A stretch of DNA of 64,000 nucleotides. It comes from Auanema rhodensis (Eukaryota; Animalia; Nematoda). The stretch lies in NCBI GenBank assembly GCA_964057225.1, contig CAXKVF010000072.1:620001-684000 (forward strand). Direction: 5' to 3'. Of this stretch, positions 26,201 to 40,780 are shown piece by piece. The position numbers and the translations under genes were made by a program. Each line of letters starts with the position of its first letter. The stretch's first letter is position 1. The notes under the pieces were generated by a model. It had not been told where the DNA came from, searched no databases, and was given only the letters and a program-made list of their open reading frames with translations.

Positions 26201-29200
26201 CAATAAAAATTTGTTTTTAGACTAATATGGACATGGGGAATCTAATGTTGAAAACCGCATCTCTTTTTCTTTCACGTGAAGCGAGTTACATACCAAGTGC
26301 ACATCACGTGTACATTTAATTAGCATAAATTAAAGTTCACGTAAATTTCAAAGTCATGGTTACCATGAACCAATATCAATAAAAATTTGTTTTTAGACTA
26401 ATATGGACATGGGGAATCTAATTTTGAAAACCGCATCTCTTTATCTTTCACGTGAAGCGAGTTACATACCAAGTGCACATCACGTGTACATTTAATTAGC
26501 ATAAATTAAAGTTCACGTAAATTTCAAAGTCATGGTTACCATGAACCAATATCAATAAAAATTTGTTTTTAGACTAATATGGACATGGGGAATCAAATTT
26601 TGAAAACCGCATCTCTTTATCTTTCACGTGAAGCGAGTTACATACCAAGTGCACATCACGTGTACATTTAATTAGCATAAATTAAAGTTCACGTAAATTT
26701 CAAAGTCATGGTTACCATGAACCAATATCAATAAAAATTTGTTTTTAGACTAATATGGACATGGGGAATCTAATTTTGAAAACCGCATCACTTTATCTTT
26801 CACGTGAAGCGAGTTACATACCAAGTGCACATCACGTGTACATTTAATTAGCATAAATTAAAGTTCACGTAAATTTCAAAGTCATGGTTACCATGAACCA
26901 ATATCAATAAAAATTTGTTTTTAGACTAATATGTACATGGGGAATCTAATTTTGAAAACCGCATCTCTTTATCTTTCACGTGAAGCGAGTTACATACCAA
27001 GTGCACATCACGTGTACAATTAATTAGCATAAATTAAAGTTCACGTAAATTTCAAAGTCATGGTTACCATGAACCAATATCAATAAAAATTTGTTTTTAG
27101 ACTAATATGGACATGGGGAATCTAATTTTGAAAACCGCATTTCTTTATCTTTCACGTGAAGCGAGTTACATACCAAGTGCACATCACGTGTACATTTAAT
27201 TAGCATAAATTAAAGTTCACGTAATTTTCAAAGTCATGGTTACCATGAACCAATATCAATAAAAATTTGTTTTTAGACTAATATGGACATGGGGAATCAA
27301 ATTTTGAAAACCGCATCTCTTTATCTTTCACGTGAAGCGAGTTACATACCAAGTGCACATCACGTGTACATTTAATTAGCATAAATTAAAGTTCACGTAA
27401 ATTTCAAAGTCATGGTTACCATGCACCAATATCAATAAAAATTTCTTTTTAGACTAATATGGACATGGGGAATCTAATGTTGAAAACCGCATCTCTTTAT
27501 CTTTCACGTGAAGCGAGTTACATACCAAGTGCACATCACGTGTACATTTAATTAGCATAAATTAAAGTTCACGTAAATTTCAAAGTCATGGTTACCATGC
27601 ACCAATATCAATAAAAATTTGTTTTTAGACTAATATGGACATGGGGAATCTAATGTTGAAAACCGCATCTCTTTTTCTTTCACGTGAAGCGAGTTACATA
27701 CCAAGTGCACATCACGTGTACATTTAATTAGCATAAATTAAAGTTCACGTAAATTTCAAAGTCATGGTTACCATGAACCAATATCAATAAAAATTTGTTT
27801 TTAGACTAATATGGACATGGGGAATCTAATTTTGAAAACCGCATCTCTTTATCTTTCACGTGAAGCGAGTTACATACCAAGTGCACATCACGTGTACATT
27901 TAATTAGCATAAATTAAAGTTCACGTAAATTTCAAAGTCATGGTTACCATGAACCAATATCAATAAAAATTTGTTTTTAGACTAATATGGACATGGGGAA
28001 TCAAATTTTGAAAACCGCATCTCTTTATCTTTCACGTGAAGCGAGTTACATACCAAGTGCACATCACGTGTACATTTAATTAGCATAAATTAAAGTTCAC
28101 GTAAATTTCAAAGTCATGGTTACCATGAACCAATATCAATAAAAATTTGTTTTTAGACTAATATGGACATGGGGAATCTAATTTTGAAAACCGCATCACT
28201 TTATCTTTCACGTGAAGCGAGTTACATACCAAGTGCACATCACGTGTACATTTAATTAGCATAAATTAAAGTTCACGTAAATTTCAAAGTCATGGTTACC
28301 ATGAACCAATATCAATAAAAATTTGTTTTTAGACTAATATGTACATGGGGAATCTAATTTTGAAAACCGCATCTCTTTATCTTTCACGTGAAGCGAGTTA
28401 CATACCAAGTGCACATCACGTGTACAATTAATTAGCATAAATTAAAGTTCACGTAAAATTCAAAGTCATGGTTACCATGAACCAATATCAATAAAAATTT
28501 GTTTTTAGACTAATATGGACATGGGGAATCTATTTTTGAAAACCGCATTTCTTTATCTTTCACGTGAAGCGAGTTACATACCAAGTGCACATCACGTGTA
28601 CATTTAATTAGCATAAATTAAAGTTCACGTAAATTTCAAAGTCATGGTTACCATGAACCAATATCAATAAAAATTTGTTTTTAGACTAATATGGACATGG
28701 GGAATCTAATTTTGAAAACCGCATCTCTTTATCTTTCACGTGAAGCGAGTTACATACCAAGTGCACATCACGTGTACATTTAATTAGCATAAATTAAAGT
28801 TCACGTAAATTTCAAAGTCATGGTTACCATGCACCAATATCAATAAAAATTTCTTTTTAGACTAATATGGACATGGGGAATCTAATGTTGAAAACCGCAT
28901 CTCTTTATCTTTCACGTGAAGCGAGTTACATACCAAGTGCACATCACGTGTACATTTAATTAGCATAAATTAAAGTTCACGTAAATTTCAAAGTCATGGT
29001 TACCATGAACCAATATCAATAAAAATTTGTTTTTAGACTAATATGTACATGGGGAATCTAATTTTGAAAACCGCATCTCTTTATCTTTCACGTGAAGCGA
29101 GTTACATACCAAGTGCACATCACGTGTACAATTAATTAGCATAAATTAAAGTTCACGTAAATTTCAAAGTCATGGTTACCATGAACCAATATCAATAAAA

Positions 29201-32200
29201 ATTTGTTTTTAGACTAATATGGACATGGGGAATCTAATTTTGAAAACCGCATTTCTTTATCTTTCACGTGAAGCGAGTTACATACCAAGTGCACATCACG
29301 TGTACATTTAATTAGCATAAATTAAAGTTCACGTAATTTTCAAAGTCACGGTTACCATGAACCAATATCAATAAAAATTTGTTTTTAGACTAATATGGAC
29401 ATGGGGAATCAAATTTTGAAAACCGCATCTCTTTATCTTTCACGTGAAGCGAGTTACATACCAAGTGCACATCACGTGTACATTTAATTAGCATAAATTA
29501 AAGTTCACGTAAATTTCAAAGTCATGGTTACCATGAACCAATATCAATAAAAATTTGTTTTTAGACTAATATGTACATGGGGAATCTAATTTTGAAAACC
29601 GCATCTCTTTATCTTTCACGTGAAGCGAGTTACATACCAAGTGCACATCACGTGTACATTTAATTAGCATAAATTAAAGTTCACGTAAATTTCAAAGTCA
29701 TGGTTACCATGAACCAATATCAATAAAAATTTGTTTTTAGACTAATATGTACATGGGGAATCTAATTTTGAAAACCGCATCTCTTTATCTTTCACGTGAA
29801 GCTAGTTACATACCAAGTGCACATCACGTGTACAATTAATTAGCATAAATTAAAGTTCACGTAAATTTCAAAGTCATGGTTACCATGAACCAATATCAAT
29901 AAAAATTTGTTTTTAGACTAATATGGACATGGGGAATCTAATTTTGAAAACCGCATTTCTTTATCTTTCACGTGAAGCGAGTTACATACCAAGTGCACAT
30001 CACGTGTACATTTAATTAGCATAAATTAAAGTTCACGTAATTTTCAAAGTCATGGTTACCATGAACCAATATCAATAAAAATTTGTTTTTAGACTAATAT
30101 GGACATGGGGAATCTAATTTTGAAAACCGCATCACTTTATCTTTCACGTGAAGCGAGTTACATACCAAGTGCACATCACGTGTACATTTAATTAGCATAA
30201 ATTAAAGTTCACGTAAATTTCAAAGTCATGGTTACCATGAACCAATATCAATAAAAATTTGTTTTTAGACTAATATGTACATGGGGAATCTAATTTTGAA
30301 AACCGCATCTCTTTATCTTTCACGTGAAGCGAGTTACATACCAAGTGCACATCACGTGTACAATTAATTAGCATAAATTAAAGTTCACGTAAATTTCAAA
30401 GTCATGGTTACCATGAACCAATATCAATAAAAATTTGTTTTTAGACTAATATGGACATGGGGAATCTAATTTTGAAAACCGCATTTCTTTATCTTTCACG
30501 TGAAGCGAGTTACATACCAAGTGCACATCACGTGTACATTTAATAAGCATAAATTAAAGTTCACGTAATTTTCAAAGTCATGGTTACCATGAACCAATAT
30601 CAATAAAAATTTGTTTTTAGACTAATATGGACATGGGGAATCAAATTTTGAAAACCGCATCTCTTTATCTTTCACGTGAAGCGAGTTACATACCAAGTGC
30701 ACATCACGTGTACATTTAATTAGCATAAATTAAAGTTCACGTAAATTTCAAAGTCATGGTTACCATGAACCAATATCAATAAAAATTTGTTTTTAGACTA
30801 ATATGTACATGGGGAATCTAATTTTGAAAACCGCATCTCTTTATCTTTCACGTGAAGCGAGTTACATACCAAGTGCACATCACGTGTACAATTAATTAGC
30901 ATAAATTAAAGTTCACGTAAATTTCAAAGTCATGGTTACCATGAACCAATATCAATAAAAATTTGTTTTTAGACTAATATGGACATGGGGAATCTAATTT
31001 TGAAAACCGCATTTCTTTATCTTTCACGTGAAGCGAGTTACATACCAAGTGCACATCACGTGTACATTTAATTAGCATAAATTAAAGTTCACGTAATTTT
31101 CAAAGTCATGGTTACCATGAACCAATATCAATAAAAATTTGTTTTTAGACTAATATGGACATGGGGAATCAAATTTTGAAAACCGCATCTCTTTATCTTT
31201 CACGTGAAGCGAGTTACATACCAAGTGCACATCACGTGTACATTTAATTAGCATAAATTAAAGTTCACGTAAATTTCAAAGTCGTGGTTACCATGCACCA
31301 ATATCAATAAAAATTTGTTTTTAGACTAATATGGACATGGGGAATCTAATGTTGAAAACCGCATCTCTTTTTCTTTCACGTGAAGCGAGTTACATACCAA
31401 GTGCACATCACGTGTACATTTAATTAGCATAAATTAAAGTTCACGTAAATTTCAAAGTCATGGTTACCATGAACCAATATCAATAAAAATTTGTTTTTAG
31501 ACTAATATGGACATGGGGAATCTAATTTTGAAAACCGCATCTCTTTATCTTTCACGTGAAGCGAGTTACATACCAAGTGCACATCACGTGTACATTTAAT
31601 TAGCATTAATTAAAGTTCACGTAAATTTCAAAGTCATGGTTACCATGAACCAATATCAATAAAAATTTGTTTTTAGACTAATATGGACATGGGGAATCTA
31701 ATTTTGAAAACCGCATTTCTTTATCTTTCACGTGAAGCGAGTTACATACCAAGTGCACATCACGTGTACATTTAATTAGCATAAATTAAAGTTCACGTAA
31801 ATTTCAAAGTCATGGTTACCATGAACCAATATCAATAAAAATTTGTTTTTAGACTAATATGGACATGGGGAATCAAATTTTGAAAACCGCATCTCTTTAT
31901 CTTTCACGTGAAGCGAGTTACATACCAAGTGCACATCACGTGTACATTTAATTAGCATAAATTAAAGTTCACGTAAATTTCAAAGTCATGGTTACCATGA
32001 ACCAATATCAATAAAAATTTGTTTTTAGACTAATATGGACATGGGGAATCTAATTTTGAAAACCGCATCACTTTATCTTTCACGTGAAGCGAGTTACATA
32101 CCAAGTGCACATCACGTGTACATTTAATTAGCATAAATTAAAGTTCACGTAAATTTCAAAGTCATGGTTACCATGCACCAATATCAATAAAAATTTGTTT

Positions 32201-35200
32201 TCAGACTAATATGGACATGGGGAATCTAATGTTGAAAACCGCATCTCTTTTTCTTTCACGTGAAGCGAGTTACATACCAAGTGCACATCACGTGTACATT
32301 TAATTAGCATAAATTAAAGTTCACGTAAATTTCAAAGTCATGGTTACCATGAACCAATATCAATAAAAATTTGTTTTTAGACTAATATGGACATGGGGAA
32401 TCTAATTTTGAAAACCGCATCTCTTTATCTTTCACGTGAAGCGAGTTACATACCAAGTGCACATCACGTGTACATTTAATTAGCACAAATTAAAGTTCAC
32501 GTAAATTTCAAAGTCATGGTTACCATGAACCAATATCAATAAAAATTTGTTTTTAGACTAATATGTACATGGGGAATCTAAATTTGAAAACCGCATCTCT
32601 TTATCTTTCACGTGAAGCGAGTTACATACCAAGTGCACATCACGTGTACAATTAATTAGCATAAATTAAAGTTCACGTAAATTTCAAAGTCATGGTTACC
32701 ATGAACCAATATCAATAAAAATTTGTTTTTAGACTAATATGGACATGGGGAATCTAATTTTGAAAACCGCATTTCTTTATCTTTCACGTGAAGCGAGTTA
32801 CATACCAAGTGCACATCACGTGTACATTTAATTAGCATAAATTAAAGTTCACGTAAATTTCAAAGTCATGGTTACCATGCACCAATATCAATAAAAATTT
32901 GTTTTTAGACTAATATGGACATGGGGAATCTAATGTTGAAAACCGCATCTCTTTATCTTTCACGTGAAGCGAGTTACATACCAAGTGCACATCACGTGTA
33001 CAATTAATTAGCATAAATTAAAGTTCACGTAAATTTCAAAGTCATGGTTACCATGAACCAATATCAATAAAAATTTGTTTTTAGACTAATATGTACATGG
33101 GGAATCTAAATTTGAAAACCGCATTTCTTTATCTTTCACGTGAAGCGAGTTACATACCAAGTGCACATCACGTGTACAATTAATTAGCATAAATTAAAGT
33201 TCACGTAAATTTCAAAGTCATGGTTACCATGAACCAATATCAATAAAAATTTGTTTTTAGACTAATATGGACATGGGGAATCTAATTTTGAAAACCGCAT
33301 TTCTTTATCTTTCACGTGAAGCGAGTTACATACCAAGTGCACATCACGTGTACATTTAATTAGCATAAATTAAAGTTCACGTAAATTTCAAAGTCATGGT
33401 TACCATGAACCAATATCAATAAAAATTTGTTTTTAGACTAATATGTACATGGGGAATCTAAATTTGAAAACCGCATCTCTTTATCTTTCACGTGAAGCGA
33501 GTTACATACCAAGTGCACATCACGTGTACAATTAATTAGCATAAATTAAAGTTCACGTAAATTTCAAAGTCATGGTTACCATGAACCAATATCAATAAAA
33601 ATTTGTTTTTAGACTAATATGGACATGGGGAATCTAATTTTGAAAACCGCATTTCTTTATCTTTCACGTGAAGCGAGTTACATACCAAGTGCACATCACG
33701 TGTACATTTAATTAGCATAAATTAAAGTTCACGTAAATTTCAAAGTCATGGTTACCATGCACCAATATCAATAAAAATTTGTTTTTAGACTAATATTGAC
33801 ATGGGGAATCTAATGTTGAAAACCGCATCTCTTTTTCTTTCACGTGAAGCGAGTTACATACCAAGTGCACATCACGTGTACATTTAATTAGCATAAATTA
33901 AAGTTCACGTAAATTTCAAAGTCATGGTTACCATGAACCAATATCAATAAAAATTTGTTTTTAGACTAATATGTACATGGGGAATCTAAATTTGAAAACC
34001 GCATCTCTTTATCTTTCACGTGAAGCGAGTTATATACCAAGTGCACATCACGTGTACAATTAATTAGCATAAATTAAAGTTCACGTAAATTTCAAAGTCA
34101 TGGTTACCATGAACCAATATCAATAAAAATTTGTTTTTAGACTAATATGGACATGGGGAATCTAATTTTGAAAACCGCATTTCTTTATCTTTCACGTGAA
34201 GCGAGTTACATACCAAGTGCACATCACGTGTACATTTAATTAGCATAAATTAAAGTTCACGTAATTTTCAAAGTCATGGTTACCATGAACCAATATCAAT
34301 AAAAATTTGTTTTTAGACTAATATGGACATGGGGAATCAAATTTTGAAAACCGCATCTCTTTATCTTTCACGTGAAGCGAGTTACATACCAAGTGCACAT
34401 CACGTGTACATTTAATTAGCATAAATTAAAGTTCACGTAAATTTCAAAGTCATGGTTACCATGAACCAATATCAATAAAAATTTGTTTTTAGACTAATAT
34501 GGACATGGGGAATCTAATTTTGAAAACCGCATCACTTTATCTTTCACGTGAAGCGAGTTACATACCAAGTGCACATCACGTGTACATTTAATTAGCATAA
34601 ATTAAAGTTCACGTAAATTTCAAAGTCATGGTTACCATGCACCAATATCAATAAAAATTTGTTTTTAGACTAATATGGACATGGGGAATCTAATGTTGAA
34701 AACCGCATCTCTTTTTCTTTCACGTGAAGCGAGTTACATACCAAGTGCACATCACGTGTACATTTAATTAGCATAAATTAAAGTTCACGTAAATTTCAAA
34801 GTCATGGTTACCATGAACCAATATCAATAAAAATTTGTTTTTAGACTAATATGGACATGGGGAATCTAATTTTGAAAACCGCATCTCTTTATCTTTCACG
34901 TGAAGCGAGTTACATACCAAGTGCACATCACGTGTACATTTAATTAGCATAAATTAAAGTTCACGTAAATTTCAAAGTCATGGTTACCATGAACCAATAT
35001 CAATAAAAATTTGTTTTTAGACTAATATGGACATGGGGAATCTAATTTTGAAAACCGCATCTCTTTATCTTTCACGTGAAGCGAGTTACATACCAAGTGC
35101 ACATCACGTGTACATTTAATTAGCATAAATTAAAGTTCACGTAATTTTCAAAGTCATGGTTACCATGAACCAATATCAATAAAAATTTGTTTTTAGACTA

Positions 35201-35731
35201 ATATGGACATAGGGAATCAAATTTTGAAAACCGCATCTCTTTATCTTTCACGTGAAGCGAGTTACATACCAAGTGCACATCACGTGTACATTTAATTAGC
35301 ATAAATTAAAGTTCACGTAAATTTCAAAGTCATGGTTACCATGAACCAATATCAATAAAAATTTGTTTTTAGACTAATATGGACATGGGGAATCTAATTT
35401 TGAAAACCGTATCACTTTATCTTTCACGTGAAGCGAGTTACATACCAAGTGCACATCACGTGTACATTTAATTAGCATAAATTAAAGTTCACGTAAATTT
35501 CAAAGTCATGGTTACCATGCACCAATATCAATAAAAATTTGTTTTTAGACTAATATGGACATGGGGAATCTAATGTTGAAAACCGCATCTCTTTTTCTTT
35601 CACGTGAAGCGAGTTACATACCAAGTGCACATCACGTGTACATTTAATTAGCATAAATTAAAGTTCACGTAAATTTCAAAGTCATGGTTACCATGAACCA
35701 ATATCAATAAAAATTTGTTTTTAGACTAATA
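23236..35731 (+). repeat. Domain built from a reshuffled about 5-monomer cassette [G3T,T88A]-[C34T,A118T]-[T16A]-[T35A,A141C]-[T20G,A40T]
   Basis: Full cassette at 23236-24115, 25524-26403 and 33972-34851; truncated 3-mers in tandem at 30276-30803 and 30804-31331. Confidence 0.8.
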
Positions 35732-36083
35732 TGGACATGGGGAATCTAATTTTGAAAACCGCATCTCTTTATCTTTCACGTGAAGCGAGTTACATACCAA
35801 GTGCACATCACGTGTACATTTAATTAGCATAAATTAAAGTTCACGTAAATTTCAAAGTCATGGTTACCATGAACCAATATCAATAAAAATTTGTTTTTAG
35901 ACTAATATGGACATGGGGAATCTAATTTTGAAAACCGCATCTCTTTATCTTTCACGTGAAGCGAGTTACATACCAAGTGCACATCACGTGTACATTTAAT
36001 TAGCATAAATTAAAGTTCACGTAAACTTCAAAGTCATGGTTACCATGAACCAATATCAATACAAATTTGTTTTTAGACTAATA

Positions 36084-39000
36084 TGGACATGGGGAATCTA
36101 ATTTTGAAAACCGCATCTCTTCATCTTTCACGTGAAGCGAGTTACATACCAAGTGCACATCACGTGTACATTTAATTAGCATAAATTAAAGTTCACGTAA
36201 ATTTCAAAGTCATGGTTACCATGAACCAATATCAATAAAAATTTGTTTTTAGACTATAATGGACATGGGGAATCTAATTTTGAAAACCGCATCTTTTTAT
36301 CTTTCACGTGAAGCGAGTTACATACCAAGTGCACATCACGTGTACATTTAATTAGCATAAATTAAAGTTCACGTAAATTTCAAAGTCATGGTTACCATGA
36401 ACCAATATCAATAAAAATTTGTTTTTAGACTAATATGGACATGGGGAATCTAATTTTGAAAACCGCATCTCTTTATCTTTCACGTGAAGCGAGTTACATA
36501 CCAAGTGCACATCACGTGTACATTTAATTAGCATAAATTAAAGTTCACGTAAATTTCAAAGTCATGGTTACCATGAACCAATATCAATACAAATTTGTTT
36601 TTAGACTAATATGGACATGGGGAATCTAATTTTGAAAACCGCATCTCTTTATCTTTCACGTGAAGCGAGTTACATACCAAGTGCACATTACGTGTTCATT
36701 TAATTAGCATAAATCGTAAATTTCAAAGTCATGGTTACCATGAACCAATATCAATACAAATTTGTTTTTAGACTAATATGGACATGGGGAATCTAATTTT
36801 GAAAACCGCATCTCTTTATCTTTCACGTGAAGCGAGTTACATACCAAGTGCACATCACGTGTACATTTAATTAGCATAAATTAAAGTTCACGTAAATTTC
36901 AAAGTCATGGTTACCATGAACCAATATCAATAAAAATTTGTTTTTAGACTAATATGGACATGGGGAATCTAATTTTGAAAACCGCATCACTTTATCTTTC
37001 ACGTGAAGCGAGTTACATACCAAGTGCACATCACGTGTACATTTAATTAGCATAAATTAAAGTTCACGTAAATTTCAAAGTCATGGTTACCATGCACCAA
37101 TATCAATAAAAATTTGTTTTTAGACTAATATGGACATGATGAATCTAATGTTGAAAACCGCATCTCTTTTTCTTTCACGTGAAGCGAGTTACATACCAAG
37201 TGCACATCACGTGTACATTTAATTAGCATAAATTAAAGTTCACGTAAATTTCAAAGTCATGGTTACCATGAACCAATATCAATAAAAATTTGTTTTTAGA
37301 CTAATATGGACATGGGGAATCTAATTTTGAAAACCGCATCTCTTTATCTTTCACGTGAAGCGAGTTACATACCAAGTGCACATTACGTGTTCATTTAATT
37401 AGCATAAATCGTAAATTTCAAAGTCATGGTTACCATGAACCAATATCAATACAAATTTGTTTTTAGACTAATATGGACATGGGGAATCTAATTTTGAAAA
37501 CCGCATCTCTTTATCTTTCACGTGAAGCGAGTTACATACCAAGTGCACATCACGTGTACATTTAATTAGCATAAATTAAAGTTCACGTAAACTTCAAAGT
37601 CATGGTTACCATGAACCAATATCAATACAAATTTGTTTTTAGACTAATATGGACATGGGGAATCTAATTTTGAAAACCGCATCTCTTTATCTTTCACGTG
37701 AAGCGAGTTACATACCAAGTGCACATCACGTGTACATTTAATTAGCATAAATTAAAGTTCACGTAAACTTCAAAGTCATGGTTACCATGAACCAATATCA
37801 ATACAAATTTGTTTTTAGACTAATATGGACATGGGGAATCTAATTTTGAAAACCGCATCTCTTCATCTTTCACGTGAAGCGAGTTACATACCAAGTGCAC
37901 ATCACGTGTACATTTAATTAGCATAAATTAAAGTTCACGTAAATTTCAAAGTCATGGTTACCATGAACCAATATCAATAAAAATTTGTTTTTAGACTATA
38001 ATGGACATGGGGAATCTAATTTTGAAAACCGCATCTTTTTATCTTTCACGTGAAGCGAGTTACATACCAAGTGCACATCACGTGTACATTTAATTAGCAT
38101 AAATTAAAGTTCACGTAAATTTCAAAGTCATGGTTACCATGAACCAATATCAATAAAAATTTGTTTTTAGACTAATATGGACATGGGGAATCTAATTTTG
38201 AAAACCGCATCTCTTTATCTTTCACGTGAAGCGAGTTACATACCAAGTGCACATCACGTGTACATTTAATTAGCATAAATTAAAGTTCACGTAAATTTCA
38301 AAGTCATGGTTACCATGAACCAATATCAATACAAATTTGTTTTTAGACTAATATGGACATGGGGAATCTAATTTTGAAAACCGCATCTCTTTATCTTTCA
38401 CGTGAAGCGAGTTACATACCAAGTGCACATTACGTGTTCATTTAATTAGCATAAATCGTAAATTTCAAAGTCATGGTTACCATGAACCAATATCAATACA
38501 AATTTGTTTTTAGACTAATATGGACATGGGGAATCTAATTTTGAAAACCGCATCTCTTTATCTTTCACGTGAAGCGAGTTACATACCAAGTGCACATCAC
38601 GTGTACATTTAATTAGCATAAATTAAAGTTCACGTAAATTTCAAAGTCATGGTTACCATGAACCAATATCAATAAAAATTTGTTTTTAGACTAATATGGA
38701 CATGGGGAATCTAATTTTGAAAACCGCATCACTTTATCTTTCACGTGAAGCGAGTTACATACCAAGTGCACATCACGTGTACATTTAATTAGCATAAATT
38801 AAAGTTCACGTAAATTTCAAAGTCATGGTTACCATGCACCAATATCAATAAAAATTTGTTTTTAGACTAATATGGACATGAGGAATCTAATGTTGAAAAC
38901 CGCATCTCTTTTTCTTTCACGTGAAGCGAGTTACATACCAAGTGCACATCACGTGTACATTTAATTAGCATAAATTAAAGTTCACGTAAATTTCAAAGTC

Positions 39001-40780
39001 ATGGTTACCATGAACCAATATCAATAAAAATTTGTTTTTAGACTAATATGGACATGGGGAATCTAATTTTGAAAACCGCATCTCTTTATCTTTCACGTGA
39101 AGCGAGTTACATACCAAGTGCACATTACGTGTTCATTTAATTAGCATAAATCGTAAATTTCAAAGTCATGGTTACCATGAACCAATATCAATACAAATTT
39201 GTTTTTAGACTAATATGGACATGGGGAATCTAATTTTGAAAACCGCATCTCTTTATCTTTCACGTGAAGCGAGTTACATACCAAGTGCACATCACGTGTA
39301 CATTTAATTAGCATAAATTAAAGTTCACGTAAATTTCAAAGTCATGGTTACCATGAACCAATATCAATAAAAATTTGTTTTTAGACTATAATGGACATGG
39401 GGAATCTAATTTTGAAAACCGCATCTTTTTATCTTTCACGTGAAGCGAGTTACATACCAAGTGCACATCACGTGTACATTTAATTAGCATAAATTAAAGT
39501 TCACGTAAATTTCAAAGTCATGGTTACCATGAACCAATATCAATAAAAATTTGTTTTTAGACTAATATGGACATGGGGAATCTAATTTTGAAAACCGCAT
39601 CTCTTTATCTTTCACGTGAAGCGAGTTACATACCAAGTGCACATCACGTGTACATTTAATTAGCATAAATTAAAGTTCACGTAAATTTCAAAGTCATGGT
39701 TACCATGAACCAATATCAATACAAATTTGTTTTTAGACTAATATGGACATGGGGAATCTAATTTTGAAAACCGCATCTCTTTATCTTTCACGTGAAGCGA
39801 GTTACATACCAAGTGCACATTACGTGTTCATTTAATTAGCATAAATCGTAAATTTCAAAGTCATGGTTACCATGAACCAATATCAATACAAATTTGTTTT
39901 TAGACTAATATGGACATGGGGAATCTAATTTTGAAAACCGCATCTCTTTATCTTTCACGTGAAGCGAGTTACATACCAAGTGCACATCACGTGTACATTT
40001 AATTAGCATAAATTAAAGTTCACGTAAATTTCAAAGTCATGGTTACCATGAACCAATATCAATAAAAATTTGTTTTTAGACTAATATGGACATGGGGAAT
40101 CTAATTTTGAAAACCGCATCACTTTATCTTTCACGTGAAGCGAGTTACATACCAAGTGCACATCACGTGTACATTTAATTAGCATAAATTAAAGTTCACG
40201 TAAATTTCAAAGTCATGGTTACCATGCACCAATATCAATAAAAATTTGTTTTTAGACTAATATGGACATGAGGAATCTAATGTTGAAAACCGCATCTCTT
40301 TTTCTTTCACGTGAAGCGAGTTACATACCAAGTGCACATCACGTGTACATTTAATTAGCATAAATTAAAGTTCACGTAAATTTCAAAGTCATGGTTACCA
40401 TGAACCAATATCAATAAAAATTTGTTTTTAGACTAATATGGACATGGGGAATCTAATTTTGAAAACCGCATCTCTTTATCTTTCACGTGAAGCGAGTTAC
40501 ATACCAAGTGCACATTACGTGTTCATTTAATTAGCATAAATCGTAAATTTCAAAGTCATGGTTACCATGAACCAATATCAATACAAATTTGTTTTTAGAC
40601 TAATATGGACATGGGGAATCTAATTTTGAAAACCGCATCTCTTTATCTTTCACGTGAAGCGAGTTACATACCAAGTGCACATCACGTGTACATTTAATTA
40701 GCATAAATTAAAGTTCACGTAAACTTCAAAGTCATGGTTACCATGAACCAATATCAATACAAATTTGTTTTTAGACTAAT
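36084..40780 (+). repeat. Local higher-order repeat containing 167-bp deletion monomers (three copies; periods 1742 and 1390 bp)
   Basis: Deletion junction GCATAAAT|CGTAAA at 36714, 37409, 38456, 39151, 39846 and 40541; the CTATAAT marker near 36256, 37998 and 39388 has the same offsets. Confidence 0.9.
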
